A DNA stretch of 64,000 bases, from NCBI GenBank assembly GCA_041746255.1, contig JBGTHM010000100.1, positions 63,087 through 127,086 of the forward strand. Reading direction: 5' to 3'. Made by a program: the position numbers and the translations under genes. This DNA comes from Fibrobacteria bacterium (GTDB taxonomy: Bacteria > Fibrobacterota > Fibrobacteria > UBA11236). Below, piece by piece: positions 40,371-49,512 of this stretch (positions within the stretch are counted from its first letter, which is position 1; the number at the start of each line of letters is the position of its first letter). The notes under the pieces are model-generated. The model worked only from the letters and a program-made list of their open reading frames with translations. It was not told where the DNA came from and did not search any database.

Positions 40371-40979
40371 TTAATACTTGGCTTTGAGACTCAAGCTGGT
40401 GGAACCCGAAGCTCCAGTAACAACCTCTTGAACAGTGAATATCACGATTTTGCCCAAATTCGATTTTGCCATGATGACATCATCTTTAGCAACGAGTACA
40501 CGTCCCGGATCGACTGGGGATATGGAGTCCCATAGCGTCTGCAACTTTGCTGGCGTGTCGGTCGAAGCGAATTTGGACTTGTCGTTTACCGGCTTGATGT
40601 CCGTTTTGTTGGCTGGACTCAAATCTGCCAAAAAGGCGAATCCAGCTGAGCCGCCGATTCCGTTTTTCGCCGCATCGGGTGAATATATGGCCGAGGCACT
40701 CGCTGAGGTGGAATAGGCAAAAACCAAATCAATTGCGGCACTATTAGCAGCGAGTTGTGACATTGTATAAACAGTCGGTCCATCAAGATCCAAGGAAGAG
40801 CCCGCGGAAGCGGTTTGCGCGCCCAAGGTCACATTTTTTGATGTTAAGGTTTCAGTGGGAGTTGGATCCGGATCCGGATCCTTTTCGCTATCGGTCAAGC
40901 AGCCCGTGAAACCAATGCTCAGGGCAACTAACGAGGTATATACCAGTTTACGGGGAAATTTGAAGGTATTGATATTCAT
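40371..40979 (-). CDS. Lipoprotein of unknown function (paralog B)
   Basis: AAGGAG RBS before MNINTF; lipobox FTGC-LTD; DPDPDPTP linker. Confidence 0.8.
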   Translation of the reverse strand: MNINTFKFPRKLVYTSLVALSIGFTGCLTDSEKDPDPDPTPTETLTSKNVTLGAQTASAGSSLDLDGPTVYTMSQLAANSAAIDLVFAYSTSASASAIYSPDAAKNGIGGSAGFAFLADLSPANKTDIKPVNDKSKFASTDTPAKLQTLWDSISPVDPGRVLVAKDDVIMAKSNLGKIVIFTVQEVVTGASGSTSLSLKAKY

Positions 40980-41166
40980 ACAGGACTCCTTGAAATAATT
41001 AAGAGAAAGGCGGTTAGAATAATAGAAATTCATTTGGTGGAAAAGTAAGTTACCTCCACCCCAAGAGGGTAACGCTTAAATTGCGACGGTGAGCGAAAAG
41101 AGAGGCTTTTCTTGACATCCGGCCTCATTTTTACTTATCCAGATTTGGAAAGTCAAGAGAGATATT

Positions 41167-41329
41167 TCAATTCAGTTCCAGCTCTTTGATACGGTCGCGC
41201 AGCCGCGCAGCCTTTTCAAATTCCAGATTTTCCGCCGCCAAACGCATCAAGGTGCGCAATTTTCCTACGTCCTCCCGCCCGTATTTCTCCGTAGGCTCCG
41301 CCACGGCCGCCAAACGGAGGGGATCCGGC
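41167..41329 (-). repeat. Direct repeat of the uvrB 3' end (other copy 42380-42542); reads as an intact 54-aa UVR-domain ORF from ATG 41331
   Basis: 163 bp aligned by hand with 9 mismatches; encodes [12 protein letters not shown]...[18 protein letters not shown]. Confidence 0.95.
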
Positions 41330-41628
41330 ATTGCGCGCATAGTGTGCAATGAAGGCGGGAAGAGAGAAAGCGGACATTGGCGCCAGGCGAAGTTCGCGCC
41401 GTTCGAAACCCATCCTGAATTGCCGCGAGGTCTTGAAAACCTATTTGGGCGAAGCCCCGAGCGAGCCCTGTGAGCGCCGCGCCCTGCGGTTTGTGGGCGA
41501 TCGTGGGCCTCGGCATTTTTGGGGGCGTCTTTTCTTCCTATTGACGGAAATTGGCTAAAGAGATGCGATTGTTATATGGCGACGCTTCATCCTTCAATGC
41601 CGGCTCCTCTACCCTCCGCAATTGTTTT

Positions 41629-42024
41629 TCAAATCCCGTAATCGATAAAATCATTTAAAATTGAGATCTGAATTTTTTTTGGGTCCCCTTTTTTATACTC
41701 TCTTTGAAATCCAATCCACTTGTTTTTTTCAGATACTATTGAACCGGGCTCATTAGGTGTTGGCCAATAAACGTTGAATTCGTATCGCCTGCCCGATTCG
41801 ACAAGCAGCGTTTCGGAAATTGACTTAGGAGGAATAGTATCTATAAAAATAAATGGTGTAGGTACCTTAGCTTCATGGCCTTGCAGCGGTTCTACATAGA
41901 CCCGGATTGTTAGGTCAGAATTCATGTTATTTATGGTGACTCTATGGATATCCGGCAAGCTGTTGGTTTCTTCTTTAAGGCATCCGAAAAGGAGAAGCGT
42001 TATCAAAGCCAGGTATGTTTTCAC
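41629..42024 (-). CDS. AT-rich small lipoprotein inside the uvrB-flanked islet
   Basis: GTG start; MKTYLALITLLLFGC lipobox; visibly lower GC than the flanking genes. Confidence 0.75.
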   Translation of the reverse strand: MKTYLALITLLLFGCLKEETNSLPDIHRVTINNMNSDLTIRVYVEPLQGHEAKVPTPFIFIDTIPPKSISETLLVESGRRYEFNVYWPTPNEPGSIVSEKNKWIGFQREYKKGDPKKIQISILNDFIDYGI

Positions 42025-42325
42025 GATTTTCCACCAGTCACTTGACCTCGTCCGTACAACAAGGAATTGAAGCGCTGTTCTTTCTTCACGCCCCCAAATA
42101 TACTTTCATTCGCTGGCCTTCAAGGACACAATTCGAGGCCCATGTCGCCCAACGTACCTTAGGCGAAAGCCTACCAGAATCCATGCGACCCAGGGCCCTC
42201 ATTTGGATGGCTCTGGACAATTAAATAAAAATCCAGTTGTCCCACAGTATTTTCACGTGGGATTTGGAATCCTTCAGTAATTTGTCAAAAACCTCATTTT
42301 TAATGGATATAAGTATCATTTCGTG

Positions 42326-42351
42326 AATAGGTTATGACAATAGGTTATGAC
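42326..42351. repeat. Perfect 13-bp tandem repeat (AATAGGTTATGAC x2)
   Basis: Directly visible about 30 bp beyond the uvrB stop. Confidence 0.85.
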
Positions 42352-42379
42352 TATTTACACAAAACTTCATATTCACTCC

Positions 42380-44359
42380 TCAGTTGACTTCCAGCTCTTT
42401 GATACGGTCGCGCAGCCGCGCCGCCTTTTCAAATTCCAGATTTTCCGCCGCCAAACGCATCAAGGTGCGCAATTTTCCCACGTCCTCCCGCCCGTATTTC
42501 TCAGTCGGCTCCGCCACGGCCGCCAGACGGAGGGGATCGGGCGCCTCCGGGGTCATTTGCAGGTATTGGTGGATGATTCTCTGTACACTGCGCGGCTCTA
42601 TTCCCCGCTCTAAATTATAGGCCCGCTGCCGGTCGCGCCTTTTCGCCGTTTCATCCATGGCATAACGCATGGCTGCCGTTATCCTATCCGCATAGAGCAA
42701 CACGCGCCCGTTCACATTGCGAGCGGCGCGCCCAATGGTTTGGATCAAGGAACGTCCACTGCGGAGAAAACCTTCCTTATCCGCATCCAAAATTGCGATT
42801 AGCGAGACTTCGGGTAAATCCAGACCCTCGCGAAGCAGGTTGATGCCCACCAGAACATCAATCTCCCCTACCCTGAGTTGACGGACGATTTCACTTCGCT
42901 CCAAAGTGTCAGTATCGGAGTGCATATACTGCACCTTCAAACCCGCATTTTGCAGGTACTCGGTAAGATCCTCGGCGCTGCGTTTAGTCAGGGTGGTTAT
43001 CAAGGTTCTTTCGCCGAGCACTATCCGCTTGTGGATTTCATTGAGAATATCGTCAATTTGACCTTTCGGAGGTCGGATTTCAATTTCCGGATCCAGCAAA
43101 CCCGTGGGACGGATGACCTGTTCCACCACCAGGCCTTCCGATTTTTCCAATTCATAATCCGCCGGCGTGGCCGAAACGAAAAGGGTAAGCGGCATGCGCT
43201 GCTCGAATTCCTGGAATTTGAGCGGCCGGTTATCCATGGCGCAGGGCAAGCGAAAGCCATGTTCCACCAGGGATTCCTTGCGCGAGCGATCCCCGCTATA
43301 CATGGCGCCTATTTGGGGAATGGTGGCATGGGATTCATCGATGACCAGGAGATAATCGTCGCCGAAAAAATCCATCAAGGTGCTGGGAGGACTGCCGGGC
43401 GCACGGTTTTCAATCACCCGCGAGTAATTTTCGATTCCCGAACAATGCCCCACTTCCTTGAGCATTTCCATGTCATATTGCGTGCGCTGCACCAGGCGCT
43501 GAGCCTCCAGCAATTTGTTCTGTGATGTGAATAGCCGTGATTGCTCATTCAGCTCGTTGCGAATGTCCGCCAAAATGCGATCCATATTGGCTTCGCTGGT
43601 GACATAATGGCGGGCGGGATATATCAGTATGCTCGGAAGCTCCGCCTCCTCTTCGCCGGTGAGTAGGTTGACCCGGGTCAGCTTTTCAATTTCGTCGCCG
43701 AAGAATTCGAGTCGATAGGCGAAATCGTCATAAGCGGGATGGATTTCCACTACGTCCCCGCGTACCCGGAAAGTGCCCCTACGGAAATCGATGTCGTTGC
43801 GGGCATAGTGAATGTCCACCAGCTTACGCAATAAATCCGAGCGCTGGATTTCTTCGCCGCGACGCAATTCGACCATCATTTTGCGGTATTCCGCCGGCGC
43901 TCCCAGGCCATAGATGCAGGATACCGAGGACACGACGATGACGTCCTGGCGGGACATCAGTGAGGCCGTGGCCCGCAGGCGCAATTTGTCGATTTCCTGA
44001 TTGAGGCTGGAATCCTTTTCGATATAAGTATCCGAGCTGGCGACATAAGCTTCGGGCTGATAATAATCGTAATAGCTGACGAAATACTCCACCGCATTGC
44101 GGGGAAAAAACGCCTTGAACTCCTGGTATAACTGAGCCGCCAAGGTCTTATTATGGGAGATGATAAGCGTGGGTTTGGAGAGGCTCTGGATGACGTTGGC
44201 GATGGTGTAGGTTTTGCCGGAACCGGTAACACCCAGGAGGGTTTGGAATTTCTGGCCGTCGGATATTCCCTCCAGCAGACGACGGATGGCCTCAGGCTGG
44301 TCGCCGGCCGGTGAAAAGGGAGCTTCCAAATGAAAGAGAGAGTCGGGGACTTCAGTCAT
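42380..44359 (-). CDS. uvrB: Excinuclease ABC subunit B
   Basis: [37 protein letters not shown] and QTIGRAARN motifs; C-terminal UVR domain. Confidence 0.99.
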   Translation of the reverse strand: MTEVPDSLFHLEAPFSPAGDQPEAIRRLLEGISDGQKFQTLLGVTGSGKTYTIANVIQSLSKPTLIISHNKTLAAQLYQEFKAFFPRNAVEYFVSYYDYYQPEAYVASSDTYIEKDSSLNQEIDKLRLRATASLMSRQDVIVVSSVSCIYGLGAPAEYRKMMVELRRGEEIQRSDLLRKLVDIHYARNDIDFRRGTFRVRGDVVEIHPAYDDFAYRLEFFGDEIEKLTRVNLLTGEEEAELPSILIYPARHYVTSEANMDRILADIRNELNEQSRLFTSQNKLLEAQRLVQRTQYDMEMLKEVGHCSGIENYSRVIENRAPGSPPSTLMDFFGDDYLLVIDESHATIPQIGAMYSGDRSRKESLVEHGFRLPCAMDNRPLKFQEFEQRMPLTLFVSATPADYELEKSEGLVVEQVIRPTGLLDPEIEIRPPKGQIDDILNEIHKRIVLGERTLITTLTKRSAEDLTEYLQNAGLKVQYMHSDTDTLERSEIVRQLRVGEIDVLVGINLLREGLDLPEVSLIAILDADKEGFLRSGRSLIQTIGRAARNVNGRVLLYADRITAAMRYAMDETAKRRDRQRAYNLERGIEPRSVQRIIHQYLQMTPEAPDPLRLAAVAEPTEKYGREDVGKLRTLMRLAAENLEFEKAARLRDRIKELEVN

Positions 44360-44434
44360 GGCTGAGTGGAATATACCCGATTACCGGAAACGGGTCTCCT
44401 TGAATCGCCGTCAACCGGCCTGGTTTTAAAAAAG

Positions 44435-45157
44435 CTAAAAGGTGGCTAAAAGGCGGATGGCTTCATGGGCTTCCCGGGTATCGGGATAGATTTTCACCAA
44501 CTTCTCCGCGGTTTCTTTCACTTTACCCGGTTGATTCACTTCCTGGTAATTAAGCGTCAATTTCCATAAGGCATTGGGTACGGCCGGACTCAAATCGGAT
44601 GGCTCACGCCCCGCGGAACGCTCGACCGGATTACCCGTACGCCGCATATAAAGCCGGATGAATTCTTCCAGGTGGGTAATCGCTTGCGTGTATTCCTCTT
44701 TTTGCATATGGCTGGAGGCGATGCCGTGCAAGGCGCCGGAGGTGATGAGGCTGAATTTCCGGGTATCGAGGTTCACCTTGGAAAAGGCCTCGATGGCTTG
44801 GTCGTAATCGCCCTTTTGATAAAAGGTTTCTCCCAACAGCAGGTAAGCCTTGGAGTGCACCAGTTTGGGACGGCTGGTTTGCACGAATTGGGTCAAAAAG
44901 GCCTGGGCGGAATCCAGTTTCCCCTCCCCGAAGTAAATATAGGCCGGGCCCAAATCCCGATTGGCCGTGACCTCCTGGGCGCCCTGGGTACGGCTGAAAT
45001 AAATCAGGCCCGCCACCAACGCCAATACCGCAATGGCAACGGTCAGAGCCGAACGGCCATGGCGAGGAATGAATTCGTAGATCACCCATTCCGAAAAGGT
45101 CATTTTCGCCCCGGCGGTGTCGAGGGGCTGATTTTTTACATCGTCTTTTTGTGGCAC
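44435..45157 (-). CDS. Membrane-anchored TPR protein (YfgM-like)
   Basis: N-terminal TM; TPRs AYLLLGETFYQKGDYDQAIEAF and ALHGIASSHMQKEEYTQAI. Confidence 0.75.
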   Translation of the reverse strand: MPQKDDVKNQPLDTAGAKMTFSEWVIYEFIPRHGRSALTVAIAVLALVAGLIYFSRTQGAQEVTANRDLGPAYIYFGEGKLDSAQAFLTQFVQTSRPKLVHSKAYLLLGETFYQKGDYDQAIEAFSKVNLDTRKFSLITSGALHGIASSHMQKEEYTQAITHLEEFIRLYMRRTGNPVERSAGREPSDLSPAVPNALWKLTLNYQEVNQPGKVKETAEKLVKIYPDTREAHEAIRLLATF

Positions 45158-45312
45158 TTCGACTCCCGATCAAATGCGGAATTCTTACAAATTCGGCAAA
45201 AACTAGCTATCGCCCCCCAGGCGGTCAATAAGGGAATGGTTTGCTTCCCGGCGTCCAAGTGGTATAATGGGGTCGCGGCAGACGGAAAAAGCATGCGTTG
45301 GCTGTCACTGAT

Positions 45313-46671
45313 ATGACGAATCCTACCGAAAACCACCCTTACACCCTCCTATCCCGCGAGTTGATGCTCAACTCGATGGCGAGCGACATCATCCGGGTGA
45401 TTTTAACCGCTCCTTCCCGGCAAAAAGCCTTATCCAGCCTTTTGTTGGGCATTTCCGAAATTACCGGCGTGCGTAGCCTGGCATTATTCCGCGTCAATTT
45501 ACAAAATTCATGTCTTGAGCCTTTAGCCAGCGAAGAACTGAGTCGAGCCCGTCTCCGCAGTTGTCGTCCCAGCTTGGACAGGGCCCCATTAAATGAAGTG
45601 CTGGAATCCAGCCAACATGTTGTAGTCAAAGACCCCGGAACCCACCACGCCTTCGAGTCTTTGGGATCGAAAAATTACATGGTGTACCCACTGGGTTTCT
45701 CAAATCGATTTGATAAGACGAAAAACAGCGAAATCGACAGTGAAAACCTGATTTTGTGGCTCGATACCTCCCCTCCCAGCGCACCCATGACCGCCCAGTC
45801 CATCGCTTCCCTGTTATTTCTCAACCAACAGGCCGCTTTGGTTTTGGAAAACCTCCGTATCCGGCAGGTTCTTTCGACCACCAATAAACGCTTGAAGAAT
45901 CTCAATATCGCCCTGAAGCAGGTTCAAGCCCATATCGATGAAGACCTGGATCGGGCCCGATCCATCCAGAAAAGCCTGTTGCCCAGCCATGACGATTCTG
46001 CCTTACCCGCTCAATCCGCCTATCGCTACTTTCCCGCGGGCGCCGTAGGTGGCGATTATTTCGATTGTTTCGAGCTCGAAGGCGGGCGCACGGGGTTGGT
46101 CATAGCCGACGTAGCAGGCCATGGTATAGCCGCTTCCATGATCATGTCCATGTTCAAGGTAATCCTCAAAACCTTGGCTGCGGGAGAAACCTCTCCCTGC
46201 AAAACCTTACAGAAAATAAATTCCATCCTCCTGAAAGAATTGGAAGGGGCGCCCTTTATCACAGCGTTCTACGCCGTCTTCGAAAAATCCACGCGTAAAC
46301 TCACCTATTGTAACGCGGGCCATATTCCCCAATACCTGCTGGAGCAGAACAACCTGCGTGAATTGACATCGCAAGGGTTGTTCCTCGGCGCGTTTCCCGA
46401 TACTTTTTTAAAGGAAGAGACCTTGATTGTCTCAGCCCCCGGAAGACTGGTTCTCCTGACGGATGGCCTGACCGAATCGGCCGACTTGGATGGTAGACTT
46501 TTCTCCCGAGCCTTGGAGAAGTTGCTGAAAAGTACCCGGGACGAGACTCCGAGTGTCGCCATAGAAAAGGTGATGGAAGCCTCTTTGAAATTCCATGGAA
46601 ACCTGCAGGCGAATTCATCGACCCCGCAAGAATTGAGCGATGATATCACGGTAGCTATCCTTGACTTGTGA
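45313..46671 (+). CDS. GAF-like plus PP2C (SpoIIE/RsbU-type) phosphatase (alternative start 45298)
   Basis: ARSIQKSLLP, GGDYFD, IADVAGHG, CNAGH, LTDGL and DDIT motifs. Confidence 0.92.
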   Translation: MTNPTENHPYTLLSRELMLNSMASDIIRVILTAPSRQKALSSLLLGISEITGVRSLALFRVNLQNSCLEPLASEELSRARLRSCRPSLDRAPLNEVLESSQHVVVKDPGTHHAFESLGSKNYMVYPLGFSNRFDKTKNSEIDSENLILWLDTSPPSAPMTAQSIASLLFLNQQAALVLENLRIRQVLSTTNKRLKNLNIALKQVQAHIDEDLDRARSIQKSLLPSHDDSALPAQSAYRYFPAGAVGGDYFDCFELEGGRTGLVIADVAGHGIAASMIMSMFKVILKTLAAGETSPCKTLQKINSILLKELEGAPFITAFYAVFEKSTRKLTYCNAGHIPQYLLEQNNLRELTSQGLFLGAFPDTFLKEETLIVSAPGRLVLLTDGLTESADLDGRLFSRALEKLLKSTRDETPSVAIEKVMEASLKFHGNLQANSSTPQELSDDITVAILDL

Positions 46672-47411
46672 CATCCAATAGCCTCGCCAACCTGGAAGCC
46701 TTTCCCGGAGAACCGGTAACCGCCTTTTTCTCGACGCGAACGGGCGGTGTGAGTCCCCCACCCTACCATTCCCTCAACCTGGGCCGACATACCGGCGATA
46801 ACCCGGAAAACGTGGACGCCAATTGGGAGAGGCTGTTGCGATCGAATAATTTGGAACAACAGATTTTATGCATGCCCCGGCTGGTACATGGCGCCACTTT
46901 AATCGCAGCGGATCCCCCGCGGGATATTTCTTGCGAAGCAGCGGATGCCCTCTATACCTGCAGTCCCGATCAGGTTTTGGCGGTTACCACGGCGGATTGC
47001 CTTCCCATTTTGCTTTTCGACCCGGAGCGCGGTCTCATCGCCGCTGTGCACGCCGGTTGGCGGGGAACCCGGGAAGGAATTCTGGAAAAGGCGCTGCGTA
47101 CTTTACTCAGGGAAAACCGGATTTCGGCGGCAACGACACGTTTGGCTTTCGGCCCTTGTCTGCAAGCCGAAAATCTGGAAATCGGGAGCGATATAGCCGC
47201 AACCCTGCCGAAACAACATGTGCGCTTGAAGAGAGGACGATTCACCTTCGATATGCCGGGAGCCAATTTCGAGCAAGCTTTGAGCGCGGGGATTAAAGCG
47301 CGCCACATCCATATCTTCTCCGAATGTACTTGGAACGATCCGGACCGTTTTTTTTCTCATCGACGGGATAAGGGGATTACGGGACGTATGGCCGCCGTTA
47401 TCGCCTTATAG
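46668..47411 (+). CDS. pgeF: Peptidoglycan editing factor PgeF/YfiH family
   Basis: TRTGGVS, SLNLG, VHG, TADCLP, HAGWRG and FFSHRR...GR motifs. Confidence 0.92.
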   Translation: MTSNSLANLEAFPGEPVTAFFSTRTGGVSPPPYHSLNLGRHTGDNPENVDANWERLLRSNNLEQQILCMPRLVHGATLIAADPPRDISCEAADALYTCSPDQVLAVTTADCLPILLFDPERGLIAAVHAGWRGTREGILEKALRTLLRENRISAATTRLAFGPCLQAENLEIGSDIAATLPKQHVRLKRGRFTFDMPGANFEQALSAGIKARHIHIFSECTWNDPDRFFSHRRDKGITGRMAAVIAL

Positions 47412-47518
47412 TCCAGGATTCGCCGGAAGGGTTTGGAATACCAATGCTGATCTTTATTGCAGGAAATTTTTCTAAAAGCTAAAATGAAGGGCAAGCATTT
47501 TTCATCAAAGGAGAATCC

Positions 47519-48283
47519 ATGAAGGCTATGCATTGGAAAGTTTTGGCTCTGGTCGGCGGAATCACCGCTTCGTCGCATGCCCTGTTTGGACTAGGCGCGC
47601 ATTGGACACCGGCGCCGGGTTTTGAAATTCCCTCCTCGGAAGGCGTACTCGCCGAGGGAGGAGGTCAAAGCATTCGGATTTTGCAACCCACCGCAACGGG
47701 CCTGCAAGGATTCGGCGTCAAGCTGTGGCTGGACTTCATTCCCGTAGTCGATGTCGAAGCCACAGCCAACGTCATGTGGGGCGCCTACGACGTCTCCTTG
47801 CTATATCCTGACGGCGGGGCAGGTCATGATACCATCCCCTTGAATTTCGACCTTGAAGTTCCCTTCGTGGAAGGCAAGCCCCATTTGGCGAACGTCGCTC
47901 TTGACCTCAGCGTTCTCTATCCCGTACTTAAATTCCCCCCCATGGTTTCCATCGCCAAAATTTATGTGGGAGCAGGACTGACATACGGAATGACTACCGC
48001 TGTTCTGGACCAGGAATTCGGTAAAGCCGCATTAAGCAACGTCACCTTCAGCCCGATACCTTCCGAAGAAGAAATCAGTGAACAACTCATCGACGCCATC
48101 GTGAACGAAGGCTTCAAAATGGGTATGGGAGCGCATCTCATCCTGGGTGCAAAGGTAAAGCCGCCGGTTATTCCCCTGGCTGTTTACGCCAACTTGAAGT
48201 ATTACTTCCTGGGTACCTTGCCCGACTCATTCGATTCGAGCACTTTGATGGCTTTTGAATTGGGCGCCGGCCTGGCGTTCTAA
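47519..48283 (+). CDS. Probable outer-membrane beta-barrel protein
   Basis: AAGGAG RBS; signal peptide ending SHA; beta strands; C-terminal FELGAGLAF beta-signal. Confidence 0.75.
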   Translation: MKAMHWKVLALVGGITASSHALFGLGAHWTPAPGFEIPSSEGVLAEGGGQSIRILQPTATGLQGFGVKLWLDFIPVVDVEATANVMWGAYDVSLLYPDGGAGHDTIPLNFDLEVPFVEGKPHLANVALDLSVLYPVLKFPPMVSIAKIYVGAGLTYGMTTAVLDQEFGKAALSNVTFSPIPSEEEISEQLIDAIVNEGFKMGMGAHLILGAKVKPPVIPLAVYANLKYYFLGTLPDSFDSSTLMAFELGAGLAF

Positions 48284-48292
48284 ACGGCCACG

Positions 48293-49387
48293 TTAAGTGC
48301 TGGGGCCGGGCGCGAATCCCGGTTCCAGCAGCTTCGCCATGAGGACATGGCCTGGAAGCACGTTCACCTTACCGCTATCCCTCAAAGCATCGATAAGCAG
48401 GTTCAACATCTCCTGGGTACAGGTGTGATTGTTCAACTGATTCGGGGTTTTGCCCCATAGCGGCACGCGTGGCTGCTCGTTCCACAAGGTTTCCAAAACC
48501 CATTCCAGCTCGGGAATGGCTACGGTCGCTCCTTCCAAATCGCTCACTACCGCTTGCAGTAAGCGTTCCGAAGGTTCGAGCTCGTGTAAAAAGCAACGGA
48601 AAGACTCGGACGACTCCAGGTCGCCTTGCAAATATTCTTCCCATCTCACCAGCGCCTGCAAATAACCTTCGGAGGGTATCGGCATGTCCACGCAGAAATC
48701 CATCCAATGGGCCCGGTGCCAAAGCTTACGCTCCAACTTGAAGCTGGACAAGGCGGTGGGGCTCAAGCGGATGGAAGTGAGTCCGCGCGCCTTCAGTTCG
48801 CTGCCGGTAAAATAGGTGGGGGTGCTGAGAATCACGGCTTCGGGTACTTGCTGTCCTACCGTACGCAGGGAAACGCGGTAGATCTGCATGAACAATCCAT
48901 CTTTTTGCGGCCGCGTGGGAAGGCTCCAATACTCGAGATAGTCGTTGGGGCTATAGAGCATTTCTTTGCCCGAAGAAAGGTCGCGGGCATAGAAGCGGCA
49001 TTCATCTTTGTGCATGCCCATGAATTCCACCAAAGCGACTTCGGCCTGGGCCAGACGCATAGCCAGGATTTCTTCCAGCTGCGAGTTGAATTGACCCTCC
49101 TTGAGGTACATCTCGAAAATGCTGCCTTCCGGCTGAACCACTTCATGGAGATAATAGGGAAGAAAGCGTCCCCGGGCGGCCGAAGCATCGCAGCCGGAAT
49201 AAGCCCAATGATAGGCGTTATCTCCCCCCCCGACGAAATTTTTCCAATGCAAGGCTTCCTCGAAAAGGTCGGGCTGACCCAAGGCGTAATGGCAGATTTT
49301 TTTCCATTCCAAACCTAAAAGGATGGCCTGCTGGGATACGGGAAAACAGTATTTTCTTTTCACTTTGTTCCTGCGCGATTCGGTCAT
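48293..49387 (-). CDS. Hypothetical protein
   Basis: Long ORF with start placed at MTESRR; C-terminal LWNEQPRVPLWGKTPNQL motif. Confidence 0.6.
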   Translation of the reverse strand: MTESRRNKVKRKYCFPVSQQAILLGLEWKKICHYALGQPDLFEEALHWKNFVGGGDNAYHWAYSGCDASAARGRFLPYYLHEVVQPEGSIFEMYLKEGQFNSQLEEILAMRLAQAEVALVEFMGMHKDECRFYARDLSSGKEMLYSPNDYLEYWSLPTRPQKDGLFMQIYRVSLRTVGQQVPEAVILSTPTYFTGSELKARGLTSIRLSPTALSSFKLERKLWHRAHWMDFCVDMPIPSEGYLQALVRWEEYLQGDLESSESFRCFLHELEPSERLLQAVVSDLEGATVAIPELEWVLETLWNEQPRVPLWGKTPNQLNNHTCTQEMLNLLIDALRDSGKVNVLPGHVLMAKLLEPGFAPGPST

Positions 49388-49512
49388 TCTGACGATACAA
49401 CCTGGCGGGAAATTTCCACAAGTTTTGGGGCGGTTTAACCGCTGTAACCGCGGAGGTTTGCGGATAAGTGGGAGTTTGAGTTTGGGAAGGTAGGGATAAG
49501 GCTTGACGGCCT

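Noticed and set aside
41335-41348. LexA box in front of the UVR mini-ORF
   Set aside because: Only one half-site (TGCAC) matches; the other half (TGCGC) does not fit GNGCA.
42015-42224. 69-aa ORF, or a decayed toxin C-terminus upstream of the islet lipoprotein
   Set aside because: No motif; the minus-strand frames contain stops, and the apparent GTGA overlap follows automatically from GTG-AAA.
49388-49512. DnaA-box cluster / oriC (ATTTCCACA, TTATCCGCA, TTATCCCTA variants)
   Set aside because: All boxes are mismatched, the region is short, there is no AT-rich unwinding element, and no dnaA/dnaN is nearby.
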